From positions 816,074 to 880,073 of the forward strand of contig NW_003314273.1 of NCBI RefSeq assembly GCF_000143415.4: DNA of 64,000 nucleotides. The letters run 5' to 3'. Positions 37,247 to 49,607 of this stretch are shown here, piece after piece. The notes below the pieces were generated by a model. The model did no database searches, was not told the DNA's origin, and saw nothing but the letters and a program-made list of their open reading frames with translations. A program made the translations under genes and the position numbers. Positions within the stretch are counted from its first letter, which is position 1, and each line of letters opens with the position of its first letter. The stretch is from Selaginella moellendorffii (lineage: Eukaryota; Plantae; Lycopodiophyta).

Positions 37247-37911
37247 ACTCCACCACCCATAGAAGAAGTTCGATGCCCACATCGAACATCTCTTTTTTAT
37301 CCTACGACTTGTTGACCATGTTTCCGGGGGCATCCCCCACTTAGTGGTGTGCCTAAGTTAGCCTCCCCAACCAAGAGCTTATGACAACAGAATATAGGTG
37401 TCCCTATACTCCTCACCTCACCACGCCCTAGTATGGGGTCGGGACTTGAACCCAGCCTTGCTTTATTAGGGGGTTGGGACTCGAACCCAACCTTCATAGA
37501 ATACGTCTACGGATTTGACATCCCCGCAAGGCGTCGGGCGTAGTTCTCTACGCCTGGTCGACCTAGCTAACCCATGCTAATTAGCTTACCTTCGGCGCGC
37601 CTTCAGGTCCCAACATATGCCATTTGTTCAACTTCACAAATTGATACTTTAATTGAACTTTGGATAAGTACATAGAGTTCTGTCTTGTAGAAATTCTTCC
37701 ACTAGACCTCGCGCGTTCGCTAGGTTCTCCTCCGGTTCTCATGTTCCTTCGCAGTGTGGAAATCCTTTCCACTTCACATGGAACTCTCTCACCTTGCGTC
37801 CTTGTCGCTTGCTCTTGCACGCATTGAGGATGGCCTCGACTTTGTATTCCTAGTCGGAGACGGTAAGCCACTTTACTAATTCGAGCCTCAATCTCATAAG
37901 GCCCCGCAAAC

Positions 37912-37963
37912 CTGCTTAAGGAACTCAAGATCAACTCATTTACAGGAATACATGCATTTTTAC
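37912..37963 (-). other. 52-nt GT-AG intron-like insert in the B2 integrase GPY/F domain (homologue in B1 at 35593-35644)
   Basis: CAA AG|GTAAAA...TTAAGCAG|G TTT GCG GGG CCT TAT; removal gives SRKLTQRFAGPYEIEARISKVAYRL. Confidence 0.8.
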
Positions 37964-38381
37964 CTTTGGGTCAACTTCCGGCTGATCCCACTTGGTAGCC
38001 TGAGGTTCTTGGTGTTTAGCCACACCTTCTCCCCATGTTGGAACTCTACATCCTAGCGCTTCTGGTTCGCATACTTGGTTTGCCTTTGTTGAGCCTATTC
38101 TAAGGAATCCCTCACTAGATTCCAAATGTTGAGTCTTTCCGCTGTGAATGCCTCCACTGCGGGTAACTCTCCATGATACTCGGCCACGCCAAGTTCCATA
38201 GGACCTTCAATAGCTCGCCCATTGATGACTTCTCATGGACTTACCCCGATGCTCGAATGTGGTGAGTTGTTATAACACATTTCCGCAACTCCCAAATGAC
38301 TTACCCAATTGGTCTGGTCTCCCGAGACATAGCATCACAAATAATCCTCCAGCTGCCTATTCACCCTTTCCGTTTGTCTGT

Positions 38382-38428
38382 CTGTCAAGAAGTGTTAGTG
38401 CCATCAAACTTGACTTAATACCCATTAC
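38382..38428 (-). other. 47-nt GT-AG intron-like insert in the B2 integrase catalytic core
   Basis: ATA G|GTAATG...CACTAAC...TTGACAG|AC AGA CAA ACG GAA; removal gives STAYHPQIDRQTERVNRQLEDYL. Confidence 0.8.
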
Positions 38429-41400
38429 CTATCTGTGGGTGATAGGCTGTGCTGAATTTCAACTTGGTGCGATACTGTTCTAGGAGTGTTCTCCAAAACC
38501 TACTGGTGAAGATTTTATCTCGATCTGAAATAATCTCTTTTGGCCTTCCCCGCACTCGAACCACTTGTTCGAAGAACAGCTTCGCCACACCTTCCGCATC
38601 CACTTCCGTTGTGGTGGGTATGAAATGTGCCATCTTCGAAAATCAATCCACCACCACAAATATCACATCGAGCCCCTCACTTAGAGGGAGTCCCGTGATG
38701 AAGTCCATCGTAAAACATTTCCATGAACGATCTAGAATTGGGATGCTTTGTAACAAACCCCCACTAGCCTTAGTCACGGCTTTGACCTGTTGACATGTTG
38801 GACATATCTTTACATAGTTTTGGACGTCCTTAGCCATATCTGGCCAGTGATACTTCCTCTTGAGTAAGCCCATTGTCTTGGGCACTCCACCGTGTCCTGC
38901 AAAAGGTCCGTTATAACACTCTTCTAAGGCTACCTTCCTTAGTTCCCCTTCTGGAACATACACCCTTGTTTGCTTGTAATATATGAGTCCATTGCGTTCC
39001 ACATAGCCCGTTTTCTCTTCCGTTGGCAGCTCACTTCTCTGGTGAGCTTCCCGTGCCTCTAGATTCCTCAGCAACACTTCTTGTGCTAGACCATCATTCT
39101 CGTATACGGTCCGCACATCATCCCAAAAGGTTGTTGTCACGCTAGATATTGCCAACTTCAAGCTCACTTTTCAACTTAGCGCATCTACCACGATGTTGCT
39201 CTTCCCAGGCTTGTACAGAATCTCGCAATCAAACTCGGCCAAAGCATTGGCCCACCGACCTTGTTTTCCTCTCAGGTCGCTGTGACAAGAAGTGTTTCAT
39301 TGCCACATTGTCCGTGTAAACCTTGAAGTGTCTCCCAAGGTAGTGTCGCCACTCCTTAAGCGCCTTGACCACCGCAAACAATTCCTTCTTATGGGCAAGC
39401 CACTTCTATTGAGCCTTGTCCAACTTCTTTGAGAAGAACGCTACTGGATGGTTGTCTTGCTTCAAAACTGCGCCCAACGCAAAGCCTGAAGCATCCGTTT
39501 CTACCTCAAAGTCCTTACCAAAGTCTGGTAACGCCAACACGGAAGCCTTCCTCAACTTTCCCTTGAGGTGGACGAATGCCGCCTCGCATTCTGCTGTCCA
39601 TACCATCTTCCCTTTTCCCGTTTAGTCCGTTAAGGGTAGGGTTACTCTCGAATAGTGTCTGATAAACTTTCGATAGTAGTTGTATAGCCCCAAGAATGCC
39701 CTTAACTCGTGTATATTCGATGGTCACTCCCAATCCTGGATCGCTTGGACCTTCTCAGGGTCCACCTTGAGCCTGTCCTTGCCACCACATGCCCGAGAAA
39801 CTTTACCTCTTGCTGAGCAAAGTCACATTTGCTCTCTTTAGCATATAGCTAATATTTCCTTAGTTTCTCAAACACCTTCGTCAAATGTTTGGTATGCTCT
39901 TCTAGTGTTTCGCTATAGATTAGGATGTCATCAATATAGACGACCACAAAGTGATCCAGATAGGGTACAAAGATATGGTTCATCAACGCCAAAAACGTTG
40001 CCAGCGCATTTGCATAGCCCGAAGGGCATCACCAGAAACTCGAAGCTCCCATACCTCGTTCGACAGGTTGTCTTCTCGACATCTTCCTCTGCTACCCTGA
40101 TCTGGTAGTATTCTGACCTTAGATCAATCCTCGAGAAGTATTTTGCCTTTCCCAACCTATCGAACAGGTCCTCAATCCTTAGCAAAGGGTACTTGTTTTT
40201 CTTTATATATTTGTTGAGTAACCGGTAATCTATGCACATGCGCATAGATCCATCTTTCTTTTTCACAAATAGCACCGGTGCCCCATATGGCGACTTGCTC
40301 AACTTAACATACCCTTTGTCCACCAACTCCTCTAGTTGGCGCTTGAGCTCCACAAGTTCTTTTTCGTTCAAACGATAGGGGGACGAACCACCGCCTCAGC
40401 ACCCTCGACTAGCTCAATCTTATATTCTATCGGTTGTGTGGGGGGCAACCCCGCCGGTACCTCCTCCGGCATGGTATCCTAGAATTGGTCCAACACCCGC
40501 TAGATCACTAAAGGTACTTCTTCCGTTCCTGTCTTTTTGTCACTCCTCACCGAGAGTAAACACAAAAATGTAGCCTTGGTCCCTTTAGTGAGTTGTCCCC
40601 TCGTGGACACCAGGTTTAGGCACGAATCTTTGCCCTTGCATTGCCCTACCTTTAGATCCTGGGCCTCCACCCTGGATCTTCTTCCTTGGGCATTCGCTAG
40701 TATCACAAGGTTCCTACCTTGTCTATGTAGGGCTACCATGAACCGATTGAACCAATCCATCCTGAAAATCACGTCAAATCCCAACATGTCCAACACGGTG
40801 AAATTCATGTCTACTTTCTAAGTCCCTACTTTGACTCTTGCTTGTCGAAGTACTTCATTGGTGCTTTAGCTACCTTGAACAAACTCTATAGTCCTTGGTT
40901 TGCCCAGCCGCTGCACCATTAGTCCGGTTTGCCGGACTATGTCTACAGCCACAAAATTATCCGAAGCACTCGTGTCAATAAGGATCTTAACAAAGCTACC
41001 CCCGAGCTTCCCTCGGAGGGCTAGTAGATGTCGCGAACGACTCTCTACCAAAGTTTCTCGTGTAATGAGTAACTTTGAGCTAGGGACTGGATCACATACC
41101 TCAGTTTAGACTTCACCCGACTTAATGGCCATATTGGTTCTGGCTTTCTTCGGGTAGGGACATTCCCTCAAAAAGTGTCCCACTTCACCGCAGTTGTAGC
41201 ATATGTTGTTTCCCACACTGCTAAATGACTTGACCTTCTTATCTGTGGGTTTGTCTCTTTTTGCTTGACTCCCCCACGTACTCGCTCGCTGGCCACCGGA
41301 TTTGCCTTTCCGGAACCCCGAGGACTCATTCTTAGAGAAACTCTTCTTGAATTTCCCTTTGCTATACGTTCCCCTTGGTTTGGCCCCTTTGCTAAATGTT

Positions 41401-42137
41401 GACCCCGACCCTGTCGCGTTCCCCTTTCACAAGTTATCATTGAAATGCACCTTGATGGCCGCATCCAACGCTTCCTTGTAATTGGTCGGGTTCCAGCGCA
41501 TCACCTCACCACGAGCCCAGGTTTGCAAACTTGATATGAAGGCATGGAACGCATCCATATCCCCCATGTCCATTACAAGTATCCTCTTTGTCATAAACCC
41601 ATTCACATACTCCTGAATGGTTCCGGTCTACTTCAACCTACTCAACTCGTCTCTTAGATGTAGAGTAGCATTCGGAGGAACGTAAGTTGCACGGATCCTC
41701 GCCTTCATCATGTCCCAAGTAGCCACCGGCCCTTCGTTGGCCTCCGTCGTTCTCCACCAAAACTTGGCATTATCTGCCAAGTATGGTTTTGCACATGGGA
41801 CCTTCTCCGAGCTCGGTAATCGCAACACTCGGAAGTAGTCCTCCATATCATAAAACCAATCCTCCACCACCTTATAGTCATTCACTCCCTTGAAGACCGG
41901 TGGGGGCTTTAGTTTGTACTTGGGGACTGCCTGAGGGATTGATTCCACTTTGGTTTGTTCGACCTTGTTTGGTTCTGCCTCAGTCCCTACTGAAGGGTCC
42001 ACACCTTCTGCGCTGCCAGCATCTACAGTCTTTTGCTTTTTCTTCCGCTTCTCGTCACGGTTTAGCTTGCGTACAAGAATCTCTAGTAGGGCATTGGTCT
42101 GTGCCAACTATCCTTCTAGAACGTCCAATCGAGCCTT

Positions 42138-45100
42138 TGTAGCTCACGTGGTTTTGACCCTTTATCCTATGGTGATTTACCATAGGATAACACCACGAAG
42201 CAGAACCTAAACCCTCTTTGTGCCACGTGACAGATGCCACGTGTCACATGCCACGTGTCCATGCCACGTGTCCACAGGAACCCAAGGTTCAGGGCCTTGG
42301 GCCACTGAACAAAGGAACGGTGCCAAACTCCCAAGCATGGAGCCAAGGAGTGACTGAACCGAACCACGGAGCAACTCCTGAGCATAAAGCCCAAGGAGCG
42401 AAGGAACAAGAGCCCGGAGCGACTTGGAACAATCCTAGAGCAACCAGCATCCCAATGCCAGGACCAGCACGCAAAACGGAGCCAAACAGAGTCTAGCGCT
42501 ATTTCGGCATACCGGTGGCCTAACGTGAGGATATGGGTACTCCACCAACTAGCATGGAATGGAACTTGGGCTTAGACCCAAGCCGGATGTAGAACAAGGA
42601 CAAGCACGCAAGCGGGAGCTAGACTATGCCTCAGGTTGGTCGGCTATGCCCGACCTACCCACTATCCCTACTATACATTTGGAACCCCCCACAGCCCCCC
42701 CCCCCTTGAGGAACACACGCTTTGGGCTTTCACCCCAAGCCTCCCTTAGTATCGGGAGTTAGTCTCTGGGACAAGCTCGAAACTTACTAATTATGGAATG
42801 GCGCTAAATTGCGAATTTGGAGACAGGACGAACACCATTGTGTTCAAGTCGATCTCTATATTCCGTAGATATGCCAAATGAGCAAATCTGGACACTTTCC
42901 ATAAATAGCATTTAGGACCGAAATGAGACTAACACAAAGGGCATGATAGCGAGGGTGTTTGGCAGACACGGTAAGCTATCATCCAGCGATATTGAGGGAC
43001 CAATCTCAATATGCGAGGGTTCTTGTCAAGCCAGTGCAAGACAGAGCAAAAGAGAACTAACAAGCCGGGCCAAGTATGCTCAGCTAAATAGACACTTAGG
43101 AATTCCTTCCTTATGCTCATCCGGCCAAGTACAGATGCAAAGTCCAGTTTACTAACACTTGAACAAGAGGGGCTGATAAAAGGAATCAGCAATACCGACC
43201 TCCTGCCATCGTGGCAGTAAGGTAAGAGTGTCCGTAAGGACTAGCCGACAGGTAACTTTCGATACCCGAAGTCACATTCGCGACACTCTCCCCCCCTAGG
43301 AAGATCGACGTCCTCGTCGATGCATACTCGAGTCTAGAATACCGCCAAGGAAACAACTCCAGAAAAAGTTCACGGTACTCACACTATGTGAGAAATGCAT
43401 CAACTTAAATGAGTTAGGAGGCAACCTCTTTGTCTAACGCGGATGCGCTACCAGCTCAGACACCTTCCAGCCGTCGCCGACAAGGAAATGACCAATGGAG
43501 TTAGCCACCCTTGCTGCTCTGGGTATCACCCAGCTACAAAAGTGTGATATGCCCCTGCCCGCAGAGACCTAGAGAGAGAAGCCAGAGGCCCCAACCCTCC
43601 TGAGCAAAGAAACCAAACCCGTCGATAAGGTTTAGATAGACTACTGTAAACAGGCAGTTAGAGTTGTTTACACGGTCACGCCCTTTTAACGGAATAAGGA
43701 ACATCGACAGAGAGGCGGGTTATGTGACCAGTCGACAGTAGCTACCCCATGACTAGAGATTTCACCATGCACACAAAGTGCCGAAGCCAGTCTGCCTATA
43801 CTGGCCCAAACTCAAAGATCAATAGATGGACAATATCAAAGTCATAAACAAGGATATCTTAGAGTCTTAATTATCAGTGATTAAATCTTATATTAGAACA
43901 CAAAAGTATTCCAAGTAAGGTATCATCCGATAAACTAGTATTATTTTCTACGAACCACCAAGATCATCATAATTGGAAAACATAGGATTCACCATCCAAT
44001 AAAATTCAATAGCAAGTATATCATCAAGTAAACTCAATGATAAAACTTAACTACCGAAGATGGCAGACAGTATGCCAAACAACTTACTAGAGATAACTCA
44101 AAGAACACAAAGTATTATTGACAAGCACAATGCTCGCGAATGTATCACCTGAAGGAAATAACATCCCAACCTATCAGAACTAACACGAGCAATAATCAAC
44201 AGAACAGAATGAATGCGGTAAGACCAACAAACACCCATTCATGCCAACTATCACACTAGCCAATCTAAATAGATCCTGGTCAACAATACGAAAGAACCAA
44301 AGCTGCTTAAGCAAGTGTCAGCAACATCCTATGGATGTCTCAAACCCAAGAGACCACTCCAGAGCAAACCACAAAGAACATGTGGTATTGCAAAAAGCCA
44401 AAAGCCATCAAAGAGAACACTAACCATCATAAAAGACCATCAATCATCCCATCAATAGAGAGATGCATAATCATCATCGAATAAAGAATCTACCATCCCG
44501 AAGAATAGTAAATCATTCTATATCAACGATAATCAAGCAAAATCTTCGACAAGGATAATCAATTATCCTAGATGATAGTCAATCATCACCAATGATTGCT
44601 AGATGCAAAAGCCAACTTCAATATCGAAGCTAGAAGCCAAAATGCCTTCCCCAACAACTTCTAACAAATGGAATAATGAGCATAAAACTCAAGGAACCAA
44701 AAGTTCGAAGAATCCTATAGTCAAGTCTTGCCGAACAATGATCACAAGTCTTGCATGAACTAACTTCAATGCTAAAGAAGAAATCATGGTGCAACCCACA
44801 ATATCCACCTCAACATATCCATAGCCAAACTTCATAATGCAAAGTTAAAGAAGAGCATAACTACATCAATCCAAAAGCCAAGCATAATGGAGCTATACTC
44901 AACAAGTGATCACCAAACGATCCTCCATGAATCCATCTATAGCAAGACGTAACTCACTTCATAACAAGCACAAGAAGAATCATCAATGATCGATATATTT
45001 AACTTAAATCCAATAAGGATTCAATCACTTTAATACCAATCACTAACTCTTCCTCTCATACAGTTAGCATAGTCCACGACTAAATCACTTTTCAAGGAAA

Positions 45101-48100
45101 AGCTCAAAGCTCAACCCCTACTAGATAATCTCGTCTAGAATACAACTAACTCAAACTTGCCACTCAGTTCATTTGAACGTCAATACAGTTGCTAACTAGC
45201 AAATGCACAAATGCCAACAACACAAAGCCATAGCCAAATCATCAACACTATCTTCATTGAGACTAATGAAACTCAATATCAATCTTAAGGAGAAACATCT
45301 CATTTCACTCAAATCTCAACATCAATATTGTCAACGACAAGGCATCACTTCAATGCCATCAATACCATAACAAAGCTAGAAGAAAGCAAGAGTGAATCAC
45401 TACCCAAAACTTTCTAGCAACCAAGCTAACTAAAGTCAAAGATACTTTAGTCAGTATCCGAGACTAATCCTCTAACAATACTCAGTTTTAGATAACATGT
45501 CATCAAGGAGTGATTCACCACGTCCAAGACTCAATGAAACCCAACACTACGAACTAAACGCAACCAAATGATATCGATAGAGGTAGAGTCGAAATGTCAA
45601 CATGGAAAACCCATGTAAGTCTAACAACATGATCCTCCGCAACACCATCTAGTAAAGCAAGCCCATCACTGCTAAATCACCATCGAGTGAAGCAAGTGTC
45701 AAACAGTCCTTGACGAAGTTTACAAGAAATCACTAGTCGCAAAGCAACCAACAACCACTCTTTAACTTGTCTTCATTAGACCCAACACTAAACTCATGTC
45801 ATCGAGTCTCACACTTGTCTAACATGAACATAATACCCGAGATACGAGATAAAGGTTCATGGACAAGCATGAACTAAATGACCACTCGAATCTAACTCAG
45901 CTGCGATAAGCTCACCAACACATCTAGTCAATAGCTCTGAGCATGCCTTGAAGAGGCTAGCTATGCGTAATCAACACTTAGTCGAAACTAAAGTGAAGAA
46001 CACGAGATGGACTTATATTGGTACACAACCTCCACTTAGACAAAGCTATAGTATGGGTACCAACATCTCAAACGCAAACAACTAAGTTGGACATCACCTT
46101 CCTCAGCCAAGGCGTAAGACCACCAAGACCAAGTCAAGATCAATGAGAGCTCACTACTCTTATAGAGTCTAAATGAAATGCAAGGTGCAACCTGCCACCA
46201 AGCATAACGCTACAGAAGAAAGGCACAAGGGTCACCTTTCTTAGAAAAGTGCAATGGCCACTTTTCTACACTAACTCCAGACTCTATCCAACTCAATTGC
46301 CTTAGCCTCAAAAGTTAGCATCCCTTTCGGGCTGCATCATACAAATTACCTACTAAGGTCTAAGCTAACCAAAGTCAACTCCAACCCCTTCACTAGTTTG
46401 TACTGGCTTATGTAAACGGAATGGTTTTCGAGCAAAGTGATAACAGATCAGCCATTGGAAAAGTCTAAGAAAATTTGTGAAAAGTTTTCCATCCTAGAAA
46501 AAGAATGACTCTTAGTCCAGGAATGCAAACTTTCAAAACTCAACCAACTTCCTCCTACCTACTACTTCACATAGATTCACCTCAACACAAATTCTCATGA
46601 TCCATCAATATGCTTAAGCATCGGACATCTTTTGCCCATTTAACCGACATCTAACACCGACATCTGCAAAATGCAAAGTGAACATCCAAGGCTTGATCAC
46701 GAAGACCACATCTTCAGATATCCACATTGCACTAACACTATTCTTCAATCACCTTCAAGATCCAATGTGAAGCCAAAACACTAACAAGAAAAATGACATA
46801 GAAAATTAAGCTCTAAGGAAAATCCTCATCACTTGAAATAACAATGCCACTTCCACTAACACAAGTGCTAGAGATGTCAATGCCTCTACTACACACCTTC
46901 TCCATCCAACAATCTACTCTAAGTGCAAACGGATCAACTGATAAGCTATAACAAATGAATGCTATAACCCTTTTCCAACACCTTAATGGGCAAATCCTCA
47001 AGGAACAAGAAACCAACTTAAGCTTTTTAGCATAATGAATCACTATTGAGAATCTAGTCAAAGCTACTACATGCTACTTTGTGCAAGTAGACTAGCATCA
47101 CCATCAACCACTTTGGGGTTGATCATCGTTTTAACCAAGCAATTTCGTAAACACATTGCCCATTATAGTATCACAATGATTTGATCATCAATTGAGCAAC
47201 ACTATGAGCAACACCTATGTCATTACTTCAAAGGTTTATGTGAGTATCAAGTGTCAACTCGACTCGACAAAATGCAACATAAATGCCACACTCCACCGAT
47301 AGAGATTTACAACACTTAACACCACTAACTTTTGTTCACAACACAGACAAGCTTATGCCACTCTCTTTCCGACCAAACTTAAAACTAATCCAACACTAAG
47401 CTACTTAAGGAGCAATAGCAAGGTTCCCCGGAAAAGAATTAAGCATTGCAACCCAAGTCTTCCAATAGCAAGCTTAGACAAAATGGTATAGCACTTCACT
47501 GTTATCCATCCCACAACTCACCATTTGTAAGACCATCATCTCCAACATGCATCAAGGTAGGGACTCTTGATTGCATAATGTGAACACAAGCAATGAGTCA
47601 CATCTCGTTGCAAATCATATCTCCAAGAAGAGAAAATGATTTATGTGTTTGATCTTTCGTCCCTGACGACTCTCTTTTCGGTCTCATCTTTGACTAAACC
47701 TCAAGCTTGCTTTCGCACTGCCTTCAGTCCAATCCAAGAAAAGTTTATGAGAGAGCATGGCAATGACTACTTGAACCAATAGACTAACCCTACAGTCTTG
47801 TTTGATCCACTTGTAATCATGCCTAGGAAGGATCCACTAGTGCCGTGCTAAACAGCTACGGACCAGCCTATTTGCCACTCACAGCAAACCCAGGGAAGGT
47901 TTACTTTTTCCCATGGTACATGGAACAACTCATGGAACCACCGATAGGCTAACATTAATCCTGCCAACTCAAAGTATATCCTCGAGTTGCTAATGCGCCT
48001 CACTCACGAGTCCAAGCTCAAACTCGTGCAAACGGAACAACTCAATCCCTCTTATGAGCCCAAGCTCAAGCTCACAGAATATAGTACAAAAAGGTAACAA

Positions 48101-49381
48101 AAACCATACCCAAGGAACAAATGTGAACCCTTTGCACCAAACGTGTACCCACTCGGATCATCGTTTTCATCTCTGCGTATGCAATGAGACTAGTTGCCCA
48201 ATCTCATTGAATAGTACTCGCTGAGACTCATCCTCTGATACCAAATGTAGCGCACGTGGTTTTGACCCTTTATCCTATGGTGATTTACCATAGGATAACA
48301 CCACGAAGCGGAACCTAAACCCTCTTTGTGCCACGTGACAGATGCCACGTGTCACATGCCACGTGTCCACAGGAACCCGAGGTTCATGGCCTTGGGCCAC
48401 TGGACAAAGGAACAGTGCCAAACTCCCAAGCATGGAGCCAATGAGTGACTGAACCGAACCACGGAGCAACTCCCGAGCATAAAGCCCAAGGAGCGAAGGA
48501 ACAGGAGCCCGGAGCGACTTGGAACAATCCTAGAGCAACCAGCATCCCAATGCCAGGACCAACACGCAAAACGGAGCCAAACGGAGTCTAGTGCTATTTC
48601 GGCATACCGGTGGCCTAACGTGAGGATATGGGTACTCCACCAACTAGCATGGAATGGAACTTGGGCTTAGACCCAAGCCGGATGTAGAACAAGGATAAGC
48701 ACGCAAGCGGGAGCTAGACTATGCCTCAGGTTGGTCGGCTATGCCCGACCTACCCACTATCCCTACTATACATTTGGAACCCCCCACAGCCCCCCCCCCC
48801 CTTGAGGAACACACGCTTTGGGCTTTCACCCCAAGCCTCCCTTATTATCAGGAGTTAGTCTCTGGGACAAGCTCGAAACTTACTAATTATGGAATGGCGC
48901 TAGATTGCGAATTTGGAGACGGGACGAACACCATTGTGTTCAAGTCGATCTCTACATTCCGTAGATATGCCAAATGAGCAAATCTGGACACTTTCCATAA
49001 ATAGCATTTGGGACCGAAATGAGACTAACACAAAGGGCATGATAGCGAGGGTGTTTGGCAGACACGGTAAGCTATCATCCAGCGATATTGAGGGACCAAT
49101 CTCAATATGCGAGGGTTCTTGTCAAGCCAGTGCAAGACAGAGCAAAAGAGAACTAACAAGCCGGGCCAAGTATGCTCAGCTAAATAGACACTTAGGAATT
49201 CCTTCCTTATGCTCATCCGGCCAAGTACAGATGCAAAGTCCAGTTTACTAACACTTGAACAAGAGGGGCTGATAAAAGGAATCAGCAATACCGACCTCCT
49301 GCCATCGTGGCAGTAAGGTAAGAGTGTCCGTAAGGACTAGCCGACAGGTAACTTTCGATACCCGAAGTCACATTCGCGACA
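42138..49381 (-). mobile_element. Element C: non-autonomous LARD-like LTR element inserted in B2 gag
   Basis: Nearly identical LTRs 42138-43285 and 48246-49381 (TG...CA); PBS-Met (reverse complement CTCTGATACCA, 48233-48243); PPT (reverse complement ctctcccccccc, from 43286); TSD GCCTT/ACCTT; ~5 kb interior with no ORF over ~85 aa. Confidence 0.9.
42221..42273. promoter_or_regulatory. Tandem G-box/ABRE array in the C LTR (4 copies; 3 copies at ~48329-48368)
   Basis: tgccacgtg repeated; gccacgtgtcc is the reverse complement of the Em1a-type ABRE GGACACGTGGC. Confidence 0.55.
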
Positions 49382-49607
49382 ACCTTGGACGACCGAACTT
49401 CGCCACCGGACTCCTGTTTGGAAGTTTCCTCACTGGAGTCCTCCTCATGCAAGGAGTCCTCATCCATAGCCTCTCTTTCGACCGGAGGCTCCAGCTCTGG
49501 AGCAGGTTTCGTCTCCGCCTTGGTTCGCTTTCGCCTTGCCTTTGCCATCTCCCAGCAATCTGCCTCTATCCTTCGCTAGAACTGAGGAAAAAGCTCCGAT
49601 ACCAAAT

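Noticed and set aside
37840-37860. B2 lacks the ~110-bp segment that in B1 contains the B2 insertion site
   Set aside because: Most likely a coincidental deletion; no mechanism supportable.
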